DNA of 64,000 bases from Gemmatimonadales bacterium (lineage in GTDB: Bacteria > Gemmatimonadota > Gemmatimonadetes > Gemmatimonadales > GWC2-71-9). This document shows positions 29,272 to 40,260 of the stretch, one piece after another. Location: contig JBBCJC010000002.1 in NCBI GenBank assembly GCA_037189525.1, forward strand, positions 320,001-384,000, written 5' to 3'. Position 1 is the first letter of the stretch, and each line of letters begins with the position of its first letter. The notes beneath the pieces were generated by a model. It was not told where the DNA came from. It did not search any database and was given only the letters and a program-made list of their open reading frames with translations. The translations under genes and the position numbers were made by a program.

Positions 29272-30050
29272 AGTCCGGTGGGATGGTGATGAAACTCCCA
29301 GGGCAGATCGAACCGCTCCGCCAGGTGGGCAGCGAGCGCTTTGACCCCGACCTGCTCGGTTGCGTAGTGACCGGCAAAGATCGCATTCACCCCGAACTCG
29401 GTAGCATCGAAGTAGGTGTAGTGCGCCCCTTCGCCGGTGATGAAGAGATCGAGTCCCGCATCCCGGGCCGCGCCGATCCGCCCCCCCGCTCCGCCCGTGA
29501 TGATACCGACCCGCCGAACCCGTTCCGGACCGCCCGGAATGAGTCGGGCATCGGTATCCAGCAACTGATTGAGGCGCCCCACCAGATCCTCCCGCGCCGT
29601 CGGCTCGGCCAGCGTGCCCTGAACTCCCATCGGGATGCCCTTGTAGCTGTCGAAGGTCTCGAGCTGTTGGAGACCGAGCAGCTGCGCCAGAACAGCGTTG
29701 TTGCCGACTTCCGGATGGACATCGAGCGGGATGTGCGCCGAATAGAGCGGGATATCATGCCTCATCAGAGCAGACAGGCGACGATAACGGCGCCCGGTAA
29801 CCGGCAGATTGCCGTCCCAGAACAAGCCATGATGGACCAGCACGAGAGGCGGAGCCTCGAATCGCGCGGCGGCGGCGACCACACCGTCGATCGTGGCCTG
29901 ACTGGCATCGACCGCTGCAATGATCCCGCCCACCCAGCCGGAGCTGGCCACCTGCAGTCCGTTGACCGCGCCATTTTCGTCGGGCACTTCCCGAATCCGC
30001 AGGTAGCGGTCGAGATAGTCCGTCAGCGTCTCGAGGGCAATCCGCGCCAT
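29268..30050 (-). CDS. Nif3/DUF34 dinuclear metal-centre protein
   Basis: NGLQV, VHHGLFW, HIPLDVHPEVGNN, AGHYATE. Confidence 0.93.
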   Translation of the reverse strand: MARIALETLTDYLDRYLRIREVPDENGAVNGLQVASSGWVGGIIAAVDASQATIDGVVAAAARFEAPPLVLVHHGLFWDGNLPVTGRRYRRLSALMRHDIPLYSAHIPLDVHPEVGNNAVLAQLLGLQQLETFDSYKGIPMGVQGTLAEPTAREDLVGRLNQLLDTDARLIPGGPERVRRVGIITGGAGGRIGAARDAGLDLFITGEGAHYTYFDATEFGVNAIFAGHYATEQVGVKALAAHLAERFDLPWEFHHHPTGL

Positions 30051-30052
30051 GG

Positions 30053-31015
30053 TCAGTTGGCCGGTACCGGCGTCAACGTGCCGGCGATGATGGAATCGGC
30101 TGCGGCCCGAACCCGCGCTTCCAGGTCCGCGGGCACTGCTCCGGTGCGAGCTGGATTGGGAACGTATCGGATCACACCGCTCGCCAACCCGAAGGATTCG
30201 ACTTTCGGCACGAACGCGCCGGTGGCTACCTCCCGCGCCACTGCGAGGAGGGCGCGGGGCAGATCGAGGATGACGGAGCCCTGGACTCGCTCCGGGGCGA
30301 GGTCGGCCTGATCGGCGTTGGCGCCGAAGACAAAGACATCGTTGCTCTCCCGCGCCGCCTGGAAGACGCCCTTGGCGGCTTCATCGGCGTTGTGATGGAG
30401 CATGTCGACGCCGAGTCGAATCATCGCGAGCGCGGCCTCGCGACCGGCGGCCGCGTCATCGAAGGTGTTGAGATAGGTCACCCGCGATTCGACCGCGGGA
30501 TTGATGCGCTGCGCACCGTGCAGCCACCCCCGGTAGCCGCGCTGGATCGGCGGCAACTCGATTCCACCGACGAATCCGATGCGGCCGGTTCGGGAAAGGC
30601 CGGCCGCGTACATCCCGGCCAGGAAGGTGCCCTCTTCGATCCGGAACACCAGCGGCGCCACATTGCCTTCGACCCGTTCCCCCGAGGTCACGACGAAGAT
30701 CGTGCCGGGATATTCGCGGCTGACCCGTTCGGCCGGCTGCTGGAACTCGAACCCGTGACCGAAGACGATGCGATACCCGGACGCGGCATAGGCCCGGAGC
30801 GCCTCCTCCTGCGCACCTGGCGTTCTGGCTTCCTGGTGGCTGATCGACGCCTGCAGCGAATCGCGGATCCACTGGAGCCCCTGATAGGCGCCGGCATTCC
30901 AGGAGGCGTCCGCGACCGACCCGGGCGTGACCAGCGCAACGGTCAATCCGTCGCCGGTCGTCGCGCGGCCGCAGCCGACGAGCAGCGCGATTGCTCCGAA
31001 CGTGAGGCTACGCAT
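30053..31015 (-). CDS. BMP-family ABC substrate-binding lipoprotein
   Basis: Lipobox LVGC, DASWNAGAYQG, IGFVGG. Confidence 0.9.
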   Translation of the reverse strand: MRSLTFGAIALLVGCGRATTGDGLTVALVTPGSVADASWNAGAYQGLQWIRDSLQASISHQEARTPGAQEEALRAYAASGYRIVFGHGFEFQQPAERVSREYPGTIFVVTSGERVEGNVAPLVFRIEEGTFLAGMYAAGLSRTGRIGFVGGIELPPIQRGYRGWLHGAQRINPAVESRVTYLNTFDDAAAGREAALAMIRLGVDMLHHNADEAAKGVFQAARESNDVFVFGANADQADLAPERVQGSVILDLPRALLAVAREVATGAFVPKVESFGLASGVIRYVPNPARTGAVPADLEARVRAAADSIIAGTLTPVPAN

Positions 31016-31403
31016 TACCGGCGGTCGCCGCGGTTTCCATTCGGATGCCGCCATTGATGCACCCGCCTTCCTGAATCAGCAGTCGCGGCGCCACGATATC
31101 ACCGTGGATCTGCGCCGTGGCCTGGACTTCGACCCGCTCGGCTGCGATGACCGGGCCCAGGACCGTACCGGCAATCACCGCTTCCCGGGTCTCCAGGCCG
31201 CCCTCGACCACCCCTCCTTTGGAGACGAGGACCTGATGGCCGGCAATCACGTTGCCGGCCACACGGCCTTCGACGCGAATCACGCCCTCGGATCGCAGGT
31301 CACCGGTGATGACGAGATCACTTGCAACGATAGAAAAGGTGGCAGATTCCGCGCGACGACGCGAGGTGCCAGGGTCGGTTCCATTGGAGGAAAACATCCC
31401 CAT
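31008..31403 (-). CDS. Bactofilin (polymer-forming cytoskeletal protein)
   Basis: Beta-helix repeats ITGDL-SEG-IRVEG-VAGNV, GVVEG, IHGDI. Confidence 0.9.
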   Translation of the reverse strand: MGMFSSNGTDPGTSRRRAESATFSIVASDLVITGDLRSEGVIRVEGRVAGNVIAGHQVLVSKGGVVEGGLETREAVIAGTVLGPVIAAERVEVQATAQIHGDIVAPRLLIQEGGCINGGIRMETAATAGNA

Positions 31404-31405
31404 GG

Positions 31406-32200
31406 TCAGCGTCCTTCCCGAATCAGAGTCAGCGGATCGACCGAGGTGCCTTCGCGGCGGATCTCGAGGTGGAGGTGCGGCGCCGAGGATCGCCCGGTGT
31501 TGCCACTGCGGCCGATCACTTCCCCGGCGGGGACCTGTCGCCCGACGGCCGTGGTGATCCGAGACATGTGTCCATACATCGATTCGTACCCGTCCGGATG
31601 CTCGATCAGCACGAACAGGCCGTAGTGAGGGTCATCGCCGGTCTGCCGAACGGTTCCCCCGCCGACCGCCCGAACCAGCGTCCCGACCGGCACCGCGAGA
31701 TCGATGCCGGGATGAGCTTCGTCCTGGGCTCCGGCCGGCACCTGGCCGCGAGTGAGATATCCGGCCTCGTCGAACGGCCAGTGCGCTGGCACCGAGGGAC
31801 CGGGTTGGAAGCGGCGCCGCGGTCCGCCGACCGTCACCTCGATGGCCGGTGCCACCAGGATCGCGCCGACGAAGCCGACCGGATCGGGAATCCTGTCGGC
31901 GCCAACCATGCTGCGCAGCTTGCCGTAGCTCCCTTCCATCGATTCGAGCGCCGCGGCCAGCTCGCGAATCCGCCCCGTTTCGAGCGTCAGCCGGCCGATC
32001 TCGCGTTCGAGACCGGGCACCCGTGACGCTTGGCGCGCAATCGGAGCGTAGAGCGCAATGCCGAGTACCAGGATGACGCCCACCGCAATCACCCCGGCGA
32101 TGACGGCCCGGAATGCCACCGCCGACAGGCGGTATGTCGTGGACGTGAGGTCGCCATCGCGAACGACGCTGACCGTCACCCCACGGCGGGGCCCCTTCAT
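31406..32200 (-). CDS. M23 metallopeptidase with TM and coiled coil
   Basis: HPGIDL, YGHMS, SGNTGRSSAPHLHLE. Confidence 0.92.
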   Translation of the reverse strand: MKGPRRGVTVSVVRDGDLTSTTYRLSAVAFRAVIAGVIAVGVILVLGIALYAPIARQASRVPGLEREIGRLTLETGRIRELAAALESMEGSYGKLRSMVGADRIPDPVGFVGAILVAPAIEVTVGGPRRRFQPGPSVPAHWPFDEAGYLTRGQVPAGAQDEAHPGIDLAVPVGTLVRAVGGGTVRQTGDDPHYGLFVLIEHPDGYESMYGHMSRITTAVGRQVPAGEVIGRSGNTGRSSAPHLHLEIRREGTSVDPLTLIREGR

Positions 32201-33084
32201 CCGCCGAACGGCTCGCCCAGAATCTTTTCGAGCACCCGTGCGAGATCGTCGTTGGAGAAGTAACTGATGGTGACGAAGCCGCGCCCTTTGCGTCGGGCGG
32301 TGACCCGGACCTCGGTCTGCAGTCGATCCCGCAGCACTTCCTCGACGCGTCGCGTCTCGGCCGACTGGGTTCGTTCCGGCGTCTTGGTGGTTCGCTTCCG
32401 CCCGCCCGGCACCTCGCCGCGCACCCGGCTTTCGAGGTCGCGCACCGACCAGCCGCCTTGGACCGCCGCCTGGCCCAGGCGGGCCATCTGGCGCTCGTCC
32501 GCCAGGCCAAGCAGGGCGCGGGCGTGACCTTCGCTGAGCACCTTGCGCTGCACCAGCGCCTGAATCTCGGCCGGCAATTTGAGGAGACGGAGCGAGTTGG
32601 CAATGGTGGCCCGGTTCTTCCCCACCAAGCGCGCGATCTCGGCCTGGCCCAGATCAAACTCACGAACCAGTCGTTCGTAGCCCACCGCTTCGTCGATCGC
32701 GGAGAGATCGTCGCGCTGGAGGTTCTCGATCAGCGCCAGCGTGAGGAGGGCCTGGTTGTCGACCTCCTTCACCACCGCGGGCACCTTCTGCCAACCGAGC
32801 CGCTGCACCGCGCGCCATCGCCGCTCACCGGCAATCAATTCAAAGCGGCCGCCGGGTTTCGAGCGAACCACGATCGGCTGCAGGAGCCCCGAGGCATCGA
32901 TCGAATCGGAGAGTTCCTGAATGGCTTCCGGCGTGAAGATCCGGCGGGGCTGGTAGGGATTGGGCTCGATCACGCCGACGGGCAATTCGCGCAGCGCGCC
33001 CTCCGCCTGCGCTTCTTCTTTCGAGATCGGGCCGAGCAGGGCCTCGAGCCCGCGACCCAGACGACGACCTGGCGTTTCGCTCAT
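32197..33084 (-). CDS. parB: Chromosome partitioning protein ParB
   Basis: [35 protein letters not shown]. Confidence 0.96.
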   Translation of the reverse strand: MSETPGRRLGRGLEALLGPISKEEAQAEGALRELPVGVIEPNPYQPRRIFTPEAIQELSDSIDASGLLQPIVVRSKPGGRFELIAGERRWRAVQRLGWQKVPAVVKEVDNQALLTLALIENLQRDDLSAIDEAVGYERLVREFDLGQAEIARLVGKNRATIANSLRLLKLPAEIQALVQRKVLSEGHARALLGLADERQMARLGQAAVQGGWSVRDLESRVRGEVPGGRKRTTKTPERTQSAETRRVEEVLRDRLQTEVRVTARRKGRGFVTISYFSNDDLARVLEKILGEPFGG

Positions 33085-33875
33085 ACGTCCTCCCGAGCGC
33101 CCGCCGCGCCACGCGCGCGTTTGAGCAGCTCCTGCGCAACGGCGAGATAACTCTTCGCACCAACCGACTGCACGTCGTACATCAGAATGGGTTTACCGAA
33201 GCTGGGGGCCTCCGCGAGACGGACATTCCGCGGAATCACGGTCTTGAACATCTTGGCGCCGAAGTACTCTTTCGCCTCGTCGGCGACCTGGCGGCACAGA
33301 TTGAGGCGCGCATCGTACATGGTGAGCAACACCCCTTCGATCGCCAGGTCCGGATTGAAGTTCTGCTGGACCAGGCGGACCGTGTTGAGCAGCTGCGAGA
33401 TTCCTTCGAGCGCGTAGTACTCGCACTGGATCGGGATCAGCACGCCGTCCGCCGCGGTCAGCACGTTGAGGGTGATCAGTCCGAGCGACGGCGGACAGTC
33501 GATCAGGACAAAATCGAAGTCATCCGCTACCTGCGCAAGCGCGCCGCGCAACCGGGTTTCCCGCCGCGGCAGGCCAACCAACTCCAATTCGGCGCCTACC
33601 AGTTCCTGGTTCGACGGGATGGTCGCGAGATAGGGGAGTTCGCCGTCGCGCACGATCGCATCGATTGCGGGCCGCTCCTCGACCAGGAGGTCATACAGGG
33701 AGGGCCGATCGGCGTTTTTGTCGAGGCCGACGCCGCTGGTGGCGTTGGCCTGCGGATCGGCATCGATCAGGAGCGTCCGCTGCTCAGCAATCGCAAGAGA
33801 GGCCGCGAGATTGACCGCCGTGGTCGTCTTGCCGACGCCACCTTTTTGGTTCGCGACCGCGATGATCCGCGCCAT
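33081..33875 (-). CDS. parA: Chromosome partitioning ATPase ParA/Soj
   Basis: [33 protein letters not shown]. Confidence 0.96.
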   Translation of the reverse strand: MARIIAVANQKGGVGKTTTAVNLAASLAIAEQRTLLIDADPQANATSGVGLDKNADRPSLYDLLVEERPAIDAIVRDGELPYLATIPSNQELVGAELELVGLPRRETRLRGALAQVADDFDFVLIDCPPSLGLITLNVLTAADGVLIPIQCEYYALEGISQLLNTVRLVQQNFNPDLAIEGVLLTMYDARLNLCRQVADEAKEYFGAKMFKTVIPRNVRLAEAPSFGKPILMYDVQSVGAKSYLAVAQELLKRARGAAGAREDV

Positions 33876-34875
33876 AAACCTCTCAAGTTGTTGCCATTAA
33901 ACGACTTACAGGACAACCCACCAAACAGGCACCCCACGGGGGACACCGAATATACGCCGCACCTGGCAATCCGTAAATGCAGCAGGCGCACGAAGTTCCG
34001 TCAGGTGGGTTCTTCAGAACGCGGCATCACCAAAGGCCGTGTATTCAGAGCACAGGCAACCACGATGAAGACATACACCTGCATCCGCATTCCTGTTGAT
34101 AGCACCGAAGGCCCGCGATTACCCCGATCACCATCCCCATCCACCCCGGATCGACGTGAGCGAAGGATACCCCTGCCCTCTGCGGGTTAGAGGCGGCACG
34201 TCTTTAGAGTGATTGGCCTCTGGGCGCCGTATATCGACAATGAGCAATACGAATGACCCCAACAGCACATGGGTCCAGCACAAGGACTCAAGGCGCTGAA
34301 CGGTACCAACCTCATGCCAGCGTTGAACTAGACGGCACTCAGGAATCGGGGTCATCTACGACGTGAAGGGACATCCTAGTCAATGCAGACACCGGTGCAC
34401 GAGCTCGGCGTATCGGACGGAACGACGATCCCCACAGCACATCTCGCCTCCAGATCAACTGGCGACCTTAGCAAACACGGAGTGGGTTCGCTCTTACCTT
34501 GAGAGGCGAACGGAGAGAACGCGCCGTCACGCGTGTCTTCTACACTAAAAGCGGTAAACGTCGTAGCGCGACGTATGGGGGGGGAACGAAAGAACCTTCA
34601 TTACGACGCCATTGGATGTAAGGGACAGGGGTTTCGATTTTCTCAGCCCAGAGAGAGTGAGAGACCACGGGGAAAAGGGCAACGACCATACACGAAAGCA
34701 CCAACGCCCTTCCGACATCTACCAAATCGACACCTCTCCCGTGGCTAACCGGCTTCGGCCCTGTTCTACCATTACCAAGATCCAGGCACGTACTCCGAAC
34801 CACACGGTTCGGTCGGGATAGCAGGTCGCCTCGATTCCGGCACGAAACAACCAGGCCTACCCGACGTAGCCGATC

Positions 34876-34891
34876 TGTTTCACGTGAAACA
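34876..34891. promoter_or_regulatory. parS site 1
   Basis: Perfect palindrome TGTTTCACGTGAAACA. Confidence 0.95.
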
Positions 34892-34935
34892 TCCGATATC
34901 CAGATGGCGTCCCCAGGACGGAAAGCGGGATCGCG

Positions 34936-34951
34936 TGTTTCACGTGAAGCA
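34936..34951. promoter_or_regulatory. parS site 2
   Basis: TGTTTCACGTGAAGCA (1 mismatch). Confidence 0.85.
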
Positions 34952-35224
34952 GCTTCGGAAGAACCGGCCAACGAGCGTCGCACCTCAGAAGTGCCCCCCC
35001 ATGAGTCGACTATCGCTTGTTAGTCGATCAGGATGCCCACCCAATACTTCTGACCAAGCCGGCACAACTTGGTCCTGTCTCCTGAGACCAGCGCCGCGAG
35101 TTCGCTGTTCAACGAGCGATCAGAGTGGGATGGAAGCCTGGATTCTGGCGTGGGAACGGGAATGGAGGACCATGGAGAACTGAACAGTCAGCGGGGACCT
35201 GTAGGACTGAGTTGGCTGACTTGG

Positions 35225-35240
35225 TGTTTCACGTGAAACC
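35225..35240. promoter_or_regulatory. parS site 3
   Basis: TGTTTCACGTGAAACC (1 mismatch). Confidence 0.88.
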
Positions 35241-35294
35241 TTCGCCTGCCGGTTTACCGGAGAAAGTGAACCGATCATATGAGATCGGGGGATT

Positions 35295-37154
35295 CTACGA
35301 GCTCCTACGACGCTTCGTCACCTCCATCGCTACGGAATGAAGGTCGCTCGGAGAAATACCAGGAATCCGCGACGCCTGCCCCAGCGTCGAAGGGCGCCGA
35401 TCCGAAAGTTTTTCCCTGGCCTCAAAGGAAACCGAGGCAAAGGCCCGGTACTCGATGTCGTCCGGAAGCTCGAACGACTCGAGTTCCGAAAGCTTGCTCG
35501 CCATCTCGCGCTCCCGCTCGAGATAGCCACCGTACCGGAGCTCGATCTGGGCCCACTCGGCCTCATCGGCGTCATGCTGCACGCCCGCGAGCGCCAGAAG
35601 CTCCACCAGCGGCACCCCGGGACGCTTGACCAAATCAGAAATCCTCGTTGCCTCCGTGATCGTCCGCTCACCAATTCCGGCAAGGACTGAATTTGCTCCA
35701 TCAGGCTGAACGTTCGTTGCCATCGCACTGGCCAGCACTCGCTCTTCCGCTTCGAGCCTGCTCTCAGCCCCGCGACGCTCCTCGTCCGTCAGCAGCCCCA
35801 GCCGAGTCGCCACAGGCAAGAGCCGACGAAGCGCATTGTCCTGTCGGAGCAGCAGCCGGAACTCCGATCGGGAGGTGAAGAGCCGGTACGGTTCATCGAC
35901 GCCGCGGGTGACGAGATCGTCGACCAGCACCCCGATGAACCCGTCCTGCCGGCCAAAGGTCACCGGGTCGCGATCGAGGGAGTACAGACCGGCATTGAGA
36001 CCCGCGACGATTCCCTGGCCTGCCGCCTCCTCGTACCCCGTTGTTCCGTTGATCTGTCCCGCAAAGTAGAGCCCCGCGATCGACCGCACCGCCAGGGTCC
36101 GATCGAGCTGGGTCGGCGGGTAGTAGTCGTACTCGATCGCGTAGCCCGGCCGGGTCATCTCCACCCGCTCGAGGCCCCGGATGCTGCGCAGAAACTCGAG
36201 CTGGACCGGCGCCGGCAACGAGGTCGAGAGCCCGTTGACATACATCTCGTGCGTGTCGTGCCCCTCGGGCTCGAGAAAGACCTGATGCCGAGCGGCGTCG
36301 GGAAAGCGCTGGATCTTGTCCTCGATCGAGGGACAGTACCGCGGCCCCCGGCCGCTGATCGCCCCGCCGTAGAGGGCCGACTGCATCAGCTGCGCAGTGA
36401 TGATCTCCTTGAGCCGGTCACCGGTATGCGCCAGATAGCACGGCAGCTGTGCAGGATGCGGGTGCCGGACATGATACGAAAACCAGTACGGCGCCCGATC
36501 GCTGTCCTGTCGCTCGAAGGCGCTCAGGTCGATCGAACGACCGTCGATCCGGGGAGGCGTCCCCGTTTTGAAGCGTTCGACCGTAAGTCCATGATCCTCA
36601 ATGTCTTGCGCAACGTCTACCGCGGGCGGTTCCCCCGCCCTTCCGGCCGGAATCTGGGTCTCGAGACCCATGAAGATCCGGCCCCTGAGAAAGGTGCCCG
36701 CCGTCAGAACGACCGCCCGGGCCCGATACTCGCGCCCATCGGTGGTGACCACACCCGTCACCCGGTCGCGCACCACCAGCAGGCGCGCCACCGTCCCCTG
36801 GGCAAACCGCAAACCGGGCAGCCGCTCGAGCTCGCTCCGCACCGCGCGCCGATAGAGGCCCCGGTCGCATTGCGCCCGAGGCGACCAGACCGCCGGCCCC
36901 TTCGACTTGTTGAGCATCCGGAACTGGATCCGCGCCCGGTCGGTTGCCCGGCCCATCACCCCGCCCAGCGCGTCGACCTCACGAACCACCGTTCCCTTGG
37001 CGATCCCGCCGATGGCCGGATTACATGACATCTGGCCGATGGTCTCGAGATTCTGGGTCAGCAGGAGCGTCCTGGCACCCAGGCGCGCCGCCATCGCAGC
37101 CGCCTCGGCCCCAGCATGCCCACCGCCGATCACCAGAACGTCGAACGTATCCAT
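35295..37154 (-). CDS. mnmG: tRNA uridine-5-carboxymethylaminomethyl(34) synthesis enzyme MnmG (GidA)
   Basis: GGGHAGAEAA, MSCNPAIGG, GPRYCPSIEDK, AGQINGTTGYEEAA. Confidence 0.97.
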   Translation of the reverse strand: MDTFDVLVIGGGHAGAEAAAMAARLGARTLLLTQNLETIGQMSCNPAIGGIAKGTVVREVDALGGVMGRATDRARIQFRMLNKSKGPAVWSPRAQCDRGLYRRAVRSELERLPGLRFAQGTVARLLVVRDRVTGVVTTDGREYRARAVVLTAGTFLRGRIFMGLETQIPAGRAGEPPAVDVAQDIEDHGLTVERFKTGTPPRIDGRSIDLSAFERQDSDRAPYWFSYHVRHPHPAQLPCYLAHTGDRLKEIITAQLMQSALYGGAISGRGPRYCPSIEDKIQRFPDAARHQVFLEPEGHDTHEMYVNGLSTSLPAPVQLEFLRSIRGLERVEMTRPGYAIEYDYYPPTQLDRTLAVRSIAGLYFAGQINGTTGYEEAAGQGIVAGLNAGLYSLDRDPVTFGRQDGFIGVLVDDLVTRGVDEPYRLFTSRSEFRLLLRQDNALRRLLPVATRLGLLTDEERRGAESRLEAEERVLASAMATNVQPDGANSVLAGIGERTITEATRISDLVKRPGVPLVELLALAGVQHDADEAEWAQIELRYGGYLEREREMASKLSELESFELPDDIEYRAFASVSFEAREKLSDRRPSTLGQASRIPGISPSDLHSVAMEVTKRRRSS

Positions 37155-37246
37155 CCGGGAAAAACTAGGGGCGCCCTCCCAAAACAGAAGGGCGCCCCCC
37201 GAATTGTCCGGATCCCGGTCGCAACCGGCCAGCCGTGCTCAGATCA

Positions 37247-38836
37247 TCAGCTGGCAGGCTTGATCAGCCGTTTGGCCAGCCAGTCCGCCACCAGGCCTAA
37301 CGTCTCCTTGTCGACCGCAAATGACGGCAGCTGAGTATACCGGCCCGGGAAGCCGTCCGGATCATAGACGAAGAGGTGATTCAAGTTCGGGAGGATCTTC
37401 GCCGTGACATCGCGATTGCCCGCTTCCTTGAATGCCTTCTCGAGCAGCGGCACGTGATCGACCGTCACCTGCTGATCCGTTGCCCCGTTCAAAATCAGCA
37501 CCGGCGTCGTGACCTTGCGCGCGGTCGCACTCGGATCGTACTCGATGAAGTATCGCATCCACGGCGACGTCGCCGCTGCGGAGTCGATGATCGCGGATAC
37601 GCCCGCGAGCGCCGAATCGCGTCGCGCCGGCGTCAGTGACGTGTCGTTCTTGATGTTGTTCGACAACTGGAAGGTCAGGATCGACCGCCCCTCGTACGCC
37701 GTACCCGCGAGCAGCACGATCCCGGCCAACGCCGGTTCCTCCGCTGCAACCTTGGGCGCAATGAGCCCGCCCTCGCTGTGACCAACCAGCGCCAGCTTGG
37801 TCGGATCGATCTCCGGCCGGGTCCGAAGGTACGCAAGCCCAGCCTGGATGTCCTTTGCGAAGTCGGCGGAGGTCGACGTAGCTGCATTGCCGCCCGACCC
37901 GCCATAGCCCCGGTCATCCATCCGCAACACCGCAATGCCCCGGCGGCCCAGCGTATCCGCAATTTCGCGGAAGAGCTGATAACCCTTGAACAACGCGATC
38001 GCTTCATCCCGATCCTGCGACCCCGAGCCCGTGATAGTGACGATGGCCGGTACCCGGGCCCGCGCACTCGCTCCCTTGGGAATCGTGATCGTCCCAGCCA
38101 GCGTATGCCCCATTGGCGTAGGAATCACGATGTCTTCCGCCGTATACGGTGCACCCGCCGGCGCCGAATAGTCCGGCTTCTCCACCGCGAGCTGACTGGC
38201 CTGCGCCCGAACCCGTTCAATGGTCAGACGTTGCACCGGGATGTTCCCGCCCAGGATCCGCCCCTGCGGATCGACTCGGAGTCGCACGTCGCCGCCGGCC
38301 ATCGAAACCAACACCGAATCCGCACCCTGCCGCTTGACCGTGATCGGGAGCGTCTGGCCGCCCGCCACCATGAACCCCGGATACTCGGCCGAGTCGGTGG
38401 CCGCACGCCGAAAGCGCTCGAGTATCAGCTCGAAGAGCGAGAACGTCGGGTTGACCAGCGGGAGCGCCCCGGCCCGGGTGGCGAGCCGTTGCTGTTGCTT
38501 CTGCTCGCCCGACGCCAGGTCCGCAATGACCGAGTCGCCCTGGAAGGTGAGCACGGCAGTCTGGCGGGCGGGCGCGTCCGCCGCATCGGTGGCACTCCAC
38601 GCCCGGTTGGTCAGCGTCCGGACCGAACCATCCGCACCCAGGACGGCCGACAGCCCGAAGCGAACGCCCATTGCCTTGACCAGCACATCCGCGTCCACGC
38701 CCTTTGCAGTCCGGGTGAACTGCTCGACGGCAATCGTGTCGGAACCGCTCCGAAGCACGAAGGCATCGCGCTGGGCCGCGACCGGCGACGCCGCTACCAC
38801 GAACAACAGAGCACTGCAGAGAAAACGTGTCGACAC
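37247..38836 (-). CDS. Secreted alpha/beta hydrolase
   Basis: Signal peptide from GTG 38836; GSGSQDRDE, GHSEGG, DQQV, NHLF. Confidence 0.88.
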   Translation of the reverse strand: MSTRFLCSALLFVVAASPVAAQRDAFVLRSGSDTIAVEQFTRTAKGVDADVLVKAMGVRFGLSAVLGADGSVRTLTNRAWSATDAADAPARQTAVLTFQGDSVIADLASGEQKQQQRLATRAGALPLVNPTFSLFELILERFRRAATDSAEYPGFMVAGGQTLPITVKRQGADSVLVSMAGGDVRLRVDPQGRILGGNIPVQRLTIERVRAQASQLAVEKPDYSAPAGAPYTAEDIVIPTPMGHTLAGTITIPKGASARARVPAIVTITGSGSQDRDEAIALFKGYQLFREIADTLGRRGIAVLRMDDRGYGGSGGNAATSTSADFAKDIQAGLAYLRTRPEIDPTKLALVGHSEGGLIAPKVAAEEPALAGIVLLAGTAYEGRSILTFQLSNNIKNDTSLTPARRDSALAGVSAIIDSAAATSPWMRYFIEYDPSATARKVTTPVLILNGATDQQVTVDHVPLLEKAFKEAGNRDVTAKILPNLNHLFVYDPDGFPGRYTQLPSFAVDKETLGLVADWLAKRLIKPAS

Positions 38837-38934
38837 GGCCCCATCCTCAGAATGACGTGAACAGCATCCGGATGAGGGGCCGCCGAGATCGACGAACCCC
38901 TGCACCGGTATCTCCTGCCTTGCCTAGCCCTGCA

Positions 38935-40251
38935 TCAAGCCGTCCGGATCCAGCGCCACATATCCTTGAGCGACGCCTGCTTGCCGTACATCAGGATGCC
39001 GACCCGATAGATCCGGGACGTCAGCCACACGATCAGGACCAGCCCCGCCACCATCGCGAGGATGTAGAGCAAGAGCTCCGGCAGCGGAATCCGCGCAATC
39101 GAATACCGCACCGGTACCACGAACGGCGCCAGCGGCGGAATCAGGCTCGCCACCTGCGCATAGGTGCTGGTCGGATCACGCAGCAACGCAAAGCCGCTGA
39201 ACCAGCCGGCCAGGGTCAGGACGACCACCGGGGTCTGCAGCTGCTGCGCTTCCTGTACCGTGTTGACCATCGAACCGATCGCGGCGTACGCCGACGAGTA
39301 GAACAGGAAACCCAGCACGAAGAAGAGCAGGAAGACGACGATGAGCATCGGATCCATCGACGGGAGCATCGACGCCATCCCGCCACCGGAAGCCGCGCTC
39401 ACGCCGAAGAGTCCCACGATCTGCGCCTGATATTTCTGGAAGACGAAGAGCGCGCTGACCCAGATCCCCAGCTGCAGCAGGCTGACGAGACCGACACCGA
39501 GCACCTTGCCCAGCATCATCTGGAAGGGGGTCAAACTCGACACCAGCACTTCGACGATCCGATTCGACTTCTCCTCGATCACCGAGGTCATGACCTGGGT
39601 GCCGTAGAGCACCAGCGCCATGTACAGGATGATGCCCATGGCATACGCGAGGATGAAGGTCGAAGCGCCGCTCTCTTCCGTCAGCCGGCCTTCCGTCACC
39701 TTCCGGGTCTCGAGGTTGACGGGCGTCGAGGCCTTCATCGCCACGCCGGGATCGACCCCGACGGCGCTGAGCCGCTCCGACACCAGGACCGGCGTCAGGT
39801 TGGTGCGCAGCTCGCGCATGTCCTCCATGCTGCCGACGTTTTTACCGAAGTACCGGAGCTTCCCGGTCGTCACGGCGCCTTCATCGAGGATCAGCAGCCC
39901 GTCCAACGCGTTGGCATTCTGCTTTTTGGACACGCCGGTGAGCGGCACCAGTGAGTCGACCACGTCCTGGACCCGGCCAGAGGCCGCAATCCGGATCGGG
40001 GCGTAGGTCGCCTCCTGGGACTGCCGGTTCTGCGCCGCAGCCAGGACCTGCTCGACGCGCGCTCCGAAGTCGCCGGGCGCGCCGTCGACGACGACGATGC
40101 GCTGGCCACTGCTCTGCCGAGTCAGGATCAGCGACGGCAGGATGGCGAGGGCGCCGAAAAACACCGGCCCCAGAATCGTACCGAGAATGAACGCCTTGGT
40201 CCGGACCCGCTCCACGAACTCCCGGCGTACGACAGCGAGAATCTTTCCCAT
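38935..40251 (-). CDS. ABC-2 permease (NatB-like)
   Basis: SVIEEKSNRIVEVLVSS, GKVLGVG, YRVGILMYGK. Confidence 0.9.
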   Translation of the reverse strand: MGKILAVVRREFVERVRTKAFILGTILGPVFFGALAILPSLILTRQSSGQRIVVVDGAPGDFGARVEQVLAAAQNRQSQEATYAPIRIAASGRVQDVVDSLVPLTGVSKKQNANALDGLLILDEGAVTTGKLRYFGKNVGSMEDMRELRTNLTPVLVSERLSAVGVDPGVAMKASTPVNLETRKVTEGRLTEESGASTFILAYAMGIILYMALVLYGTQVMTSVIEEKSNRIVEVLVSSLTPFQMMLGKVLGVGLVSLLQLGIWVSALFVFQKYQAQIVGLFGVSAASGGGMASMLPSMDPMLIVVFLLFFVLGFLFYSSAYAAIGSMVNTVQEAQQLQTPVVVLTLAGWFSGFALLRDPTSTYAQVASLIPPLAPFVVPVRYSIARIPLPELLLYILAMVAGLVLIVWLTSRIYRVGILMYGKQASLKDMWRWIRTA

Positions 40252-40260
40252 ATCGATTCC

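Noticed and set aside
34540..34983. Minus-strand ORF with VSRET and CLDLGNG resembling rsmG
   Set aside because: VSRET is simply the translation of parS; motif spacing and remaining sequence do not match RsmG.
33876..35294. Possible oriC
   Set aside because: No cluster of TTATCCACA-type DnaA boxes or AT-rich unwinding element seen, and dnaA is not in the window.
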